A stretch of 64,000 nt of DNA from Eledone cirrhosa (lineage: Eukaryota), in assembly GCA_964016885.1 (NCBI GenBank), contig OZ024749.1:49228001-49292000 (forward strand), written 5' to 3'. A program made the translations under genes and the position numbers. The notes under the pieces were generated by a model. That model saw only the letters and a program-made list of their open reading frames with translations. It was not told where the DNA came from and made no database searches. Positions 61,397 to 64,000 of this stretch are shown here, one piece after another; positions within the stretch are counted from its first letter, which is position 1, and every line of letters begins with the position of its first letter.

Positions 61397-64000
61397 TTAA
61401 ATATATATTGACACACACATACACACACACACACACACAAATATATATATATATATGTTCGTGTGTGATTATGTGTGTCTCCGTGTTAGTATGTTTGAGT
61501 GTCAGTCTATGAGTATGTGTAGCTTTACATAACGGTAGGTTGAATCTATTTCAGGCTTCGGTTATGATTTTTCTTTTAACGTTATGGCTATTGATGTTTT
61601 ATTTTTTTTCCATTTTAATGGACCGATCAAAACTTAATAAAATATTACCATTTTTCTCCTGACAAAACTTGATGGCAACCATAATATAATAAAAAAAAAT
61701 ATTGATGTGTCATAGAATTATATATTGATGGGTAAGTATTACTTTTATTATTATTATCATAATATCCCGCCTTACTCTCTTTGATCTTTCAATCGCCTGT
61801 TGGATAAGGAGAAATGTATATTTATGGTTATTCATATTTTTAGAGTTGAACTAATACGCACCCTACGAAATTGTTATAAAATATATATAGATATTTTAAA
61901 TATACTCGTATTCTTTTGTGTCGGTTCAGTACTATTATTTTATAGAGATCCTTTTCTCGTCTTTGTGTATCGTATTAAAACCTCATTCTTCCGTCTCTCA
62001 CTATATACATCAGCTTGATACGTTTCATATAACATGGCTGTTTTATATTGCTTTATAATGTAATTAAAGTTTTGAAATTATCACCCTCTTAATATATTAT
62101 GTCAACGATTATGATAATGTTAGCGGCATCATATTTATAGGTATTCATAGTATTCATGGTATTTTAAAAATATTTCCTAAGTACTATACTTAATTTCCGT
62201 TTGTAAAAAGTTTGCATAAACACATCATTTACTTATCTAAGTTAAATTATATTTAGTAACCAATGGTAAACTTCAGGCGTTCATTTAGTAGCATAATTGA
62301 TCTTAATGTAGCCGTATTTAGTATATATACAGGCAAGTGTGTATTTAATGGTCTTGAATTAATGTATGATATTTTTGTTTTCAAACAATAGCATTAAACT
62401 TGTAGCTCACGAATATAATCTTTATCAGCTTCTACACACTGCCGAATGGTTCATTGGCGTTTAAGCTACACAACATTTACATTAGTGTCAATAACCTCGT
62501 GATGACGTTCAGCATTCAGATAAATACTATAATGAGCCGAAGAGATATTCCCTACATTTTATAACTGAATATAACGAAATGGTATCAGTTTAACATGATG
62601 GTAAAGCCTTGTCACAGACGAAAATCCATGGATCGCCACACGTTCTCGTTAGTACCGACCTTACAATTTGGTTTCCATGTAGAAAGTTTAGCGAGCAATT
62701 TGGCATCCTGTATTTATACATATGTATGTCATCATTTGATAAAACTCTAATAGATCAAGTAATTATATGCTAAATATTAGAAATGATACTTGTAATATAT
62801 TGAGTTAATGTTGGTGTCAACTTAGTGATCAGGTCACTTATGTAATTGATTTCTAAAGTCAAACTTTCAAAAAATGTTCACCACTCAAACATATATCAGA
62901 ATTTTATTGATTTTATTAAAATGAAATATTTCACAGCCTACACATATAGCAAATGACTAAAGGTCGGAGAGCAGCTCCTTGTGTTTGTTTATATGATTTT
63001 GTATACATTTGTATATATTATATAAAGTTAATTAAAAATGACACGTTTTGTAAAGCCGTTCAGTTTTTTGTTCTGCTGCCTCTTTATTAAATCTAATTCA
63101 GCGACTTCAAAATTACTTGATATTTGTGTTTTGCTTTTTCTTCTATTCAAAACAAAAATTGTAGCTAGAAAATAATTTTAAAAAAAAGCATAAACTTGAG
63201 ATATTTATGTTTTACTATATATTCTAGGTTTAATTTAATCAAGAATAGTTTGGTCTGCTAACTCATGTGAACACGCGTAAACATGGGTATACACATGTAC
63301 ATACACACAAACAAACAAGCGAACGATACACACGTTATGGTAATGTGTATATAAGTTACTAGAGGTGAACAATACCAAAAAATATTTGCTTGAAATAGCA
63401 ACATAAACTAACACGAAATTCCATCGTATTCTCTTTAAAAAAGTTTACACTCAATAAAATAATACTAGATTTACTATGCCTGCAAATTTTGATATATAAT
63501 GTAATAGGAATAATGGAAAAGACGTTACACTTATGACAATTAAATCAACACCGTACACGTTCTAAACCACAGCTACACCAAAACGAAAGGTACACTGATT
63601 TGATGGCATGGCATATATGATTGGGCACAATGTTAAATGTCAGCTTTATAAAATAACTAACAATAATAAACGAACACTCCCATGCAAATAGCGTAATAAC
63701 ATAATATGAAAAAAAGAAAACACGAACTCAATTCAAAGACAAATGTTTACAATTTTATATTTACAAATAAAATATCTGTTTTGAATATTTTGTATTTCAG
63801 TTATATTGATTACTCCTTCTGAATGCAAAATATTTCATCCTACGTAATACAAAGAGATTTGAATTTTAAAAATATTTGCATTCATTTAATCATTGTATGT
63901 CAACAGGAATATTGTAGTAAGCCGTTGGAATCGTGAGAAAAAATCTTATGTTTTGATTTCAATTTAAATTATTATTTACATTTTTTTTTTGCATATTTCA

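Overview
AT-rich, repeat-dense eukaryotic non-coding DNA, probably from an octopus or other cephalopod (inferred from an abundant tRNA-derived SINE I recognise and from very long (TA)n tracts). I can support no host protein-coding gene; almost all ORF-track entries are microsatellite artefacts. The window holds three 5'-truncated Penelope-like retroelements (PLEs: one RT-thumb plus GIY-YIG, two GIY-YIG only) and many short non-coding PLE pseudo-LTR-type inserts. Nearly all sit inside (TA)n tracts and many are fold-back inverted duplications. I count roughly 20 intact or degenerate minimal type-I hammerhead ribozyme (HHR) motifs. Two young tandem arrays (310-bp and 591-bp units) carry one HHR per unit and look like retrozymes; the 591-bp unit has a compensated U3-A8 catalytic core. 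The strongest new signal is that about 10 sequence-unrelated families share a second RNA module downstream of the HHR and just before the (TA)n junction. It is a YRCTC...GAGYRC stem whose loop pairs with downstream sequence, i.e. a putative H-type pseudoknot with covariation. Also present: a hAT MITE with an 8-bp TSD, a non-autonomous Helitron, SINEs and a decayed Gypsy integrase remnant. All RNA structures were paired by eye, not computed.
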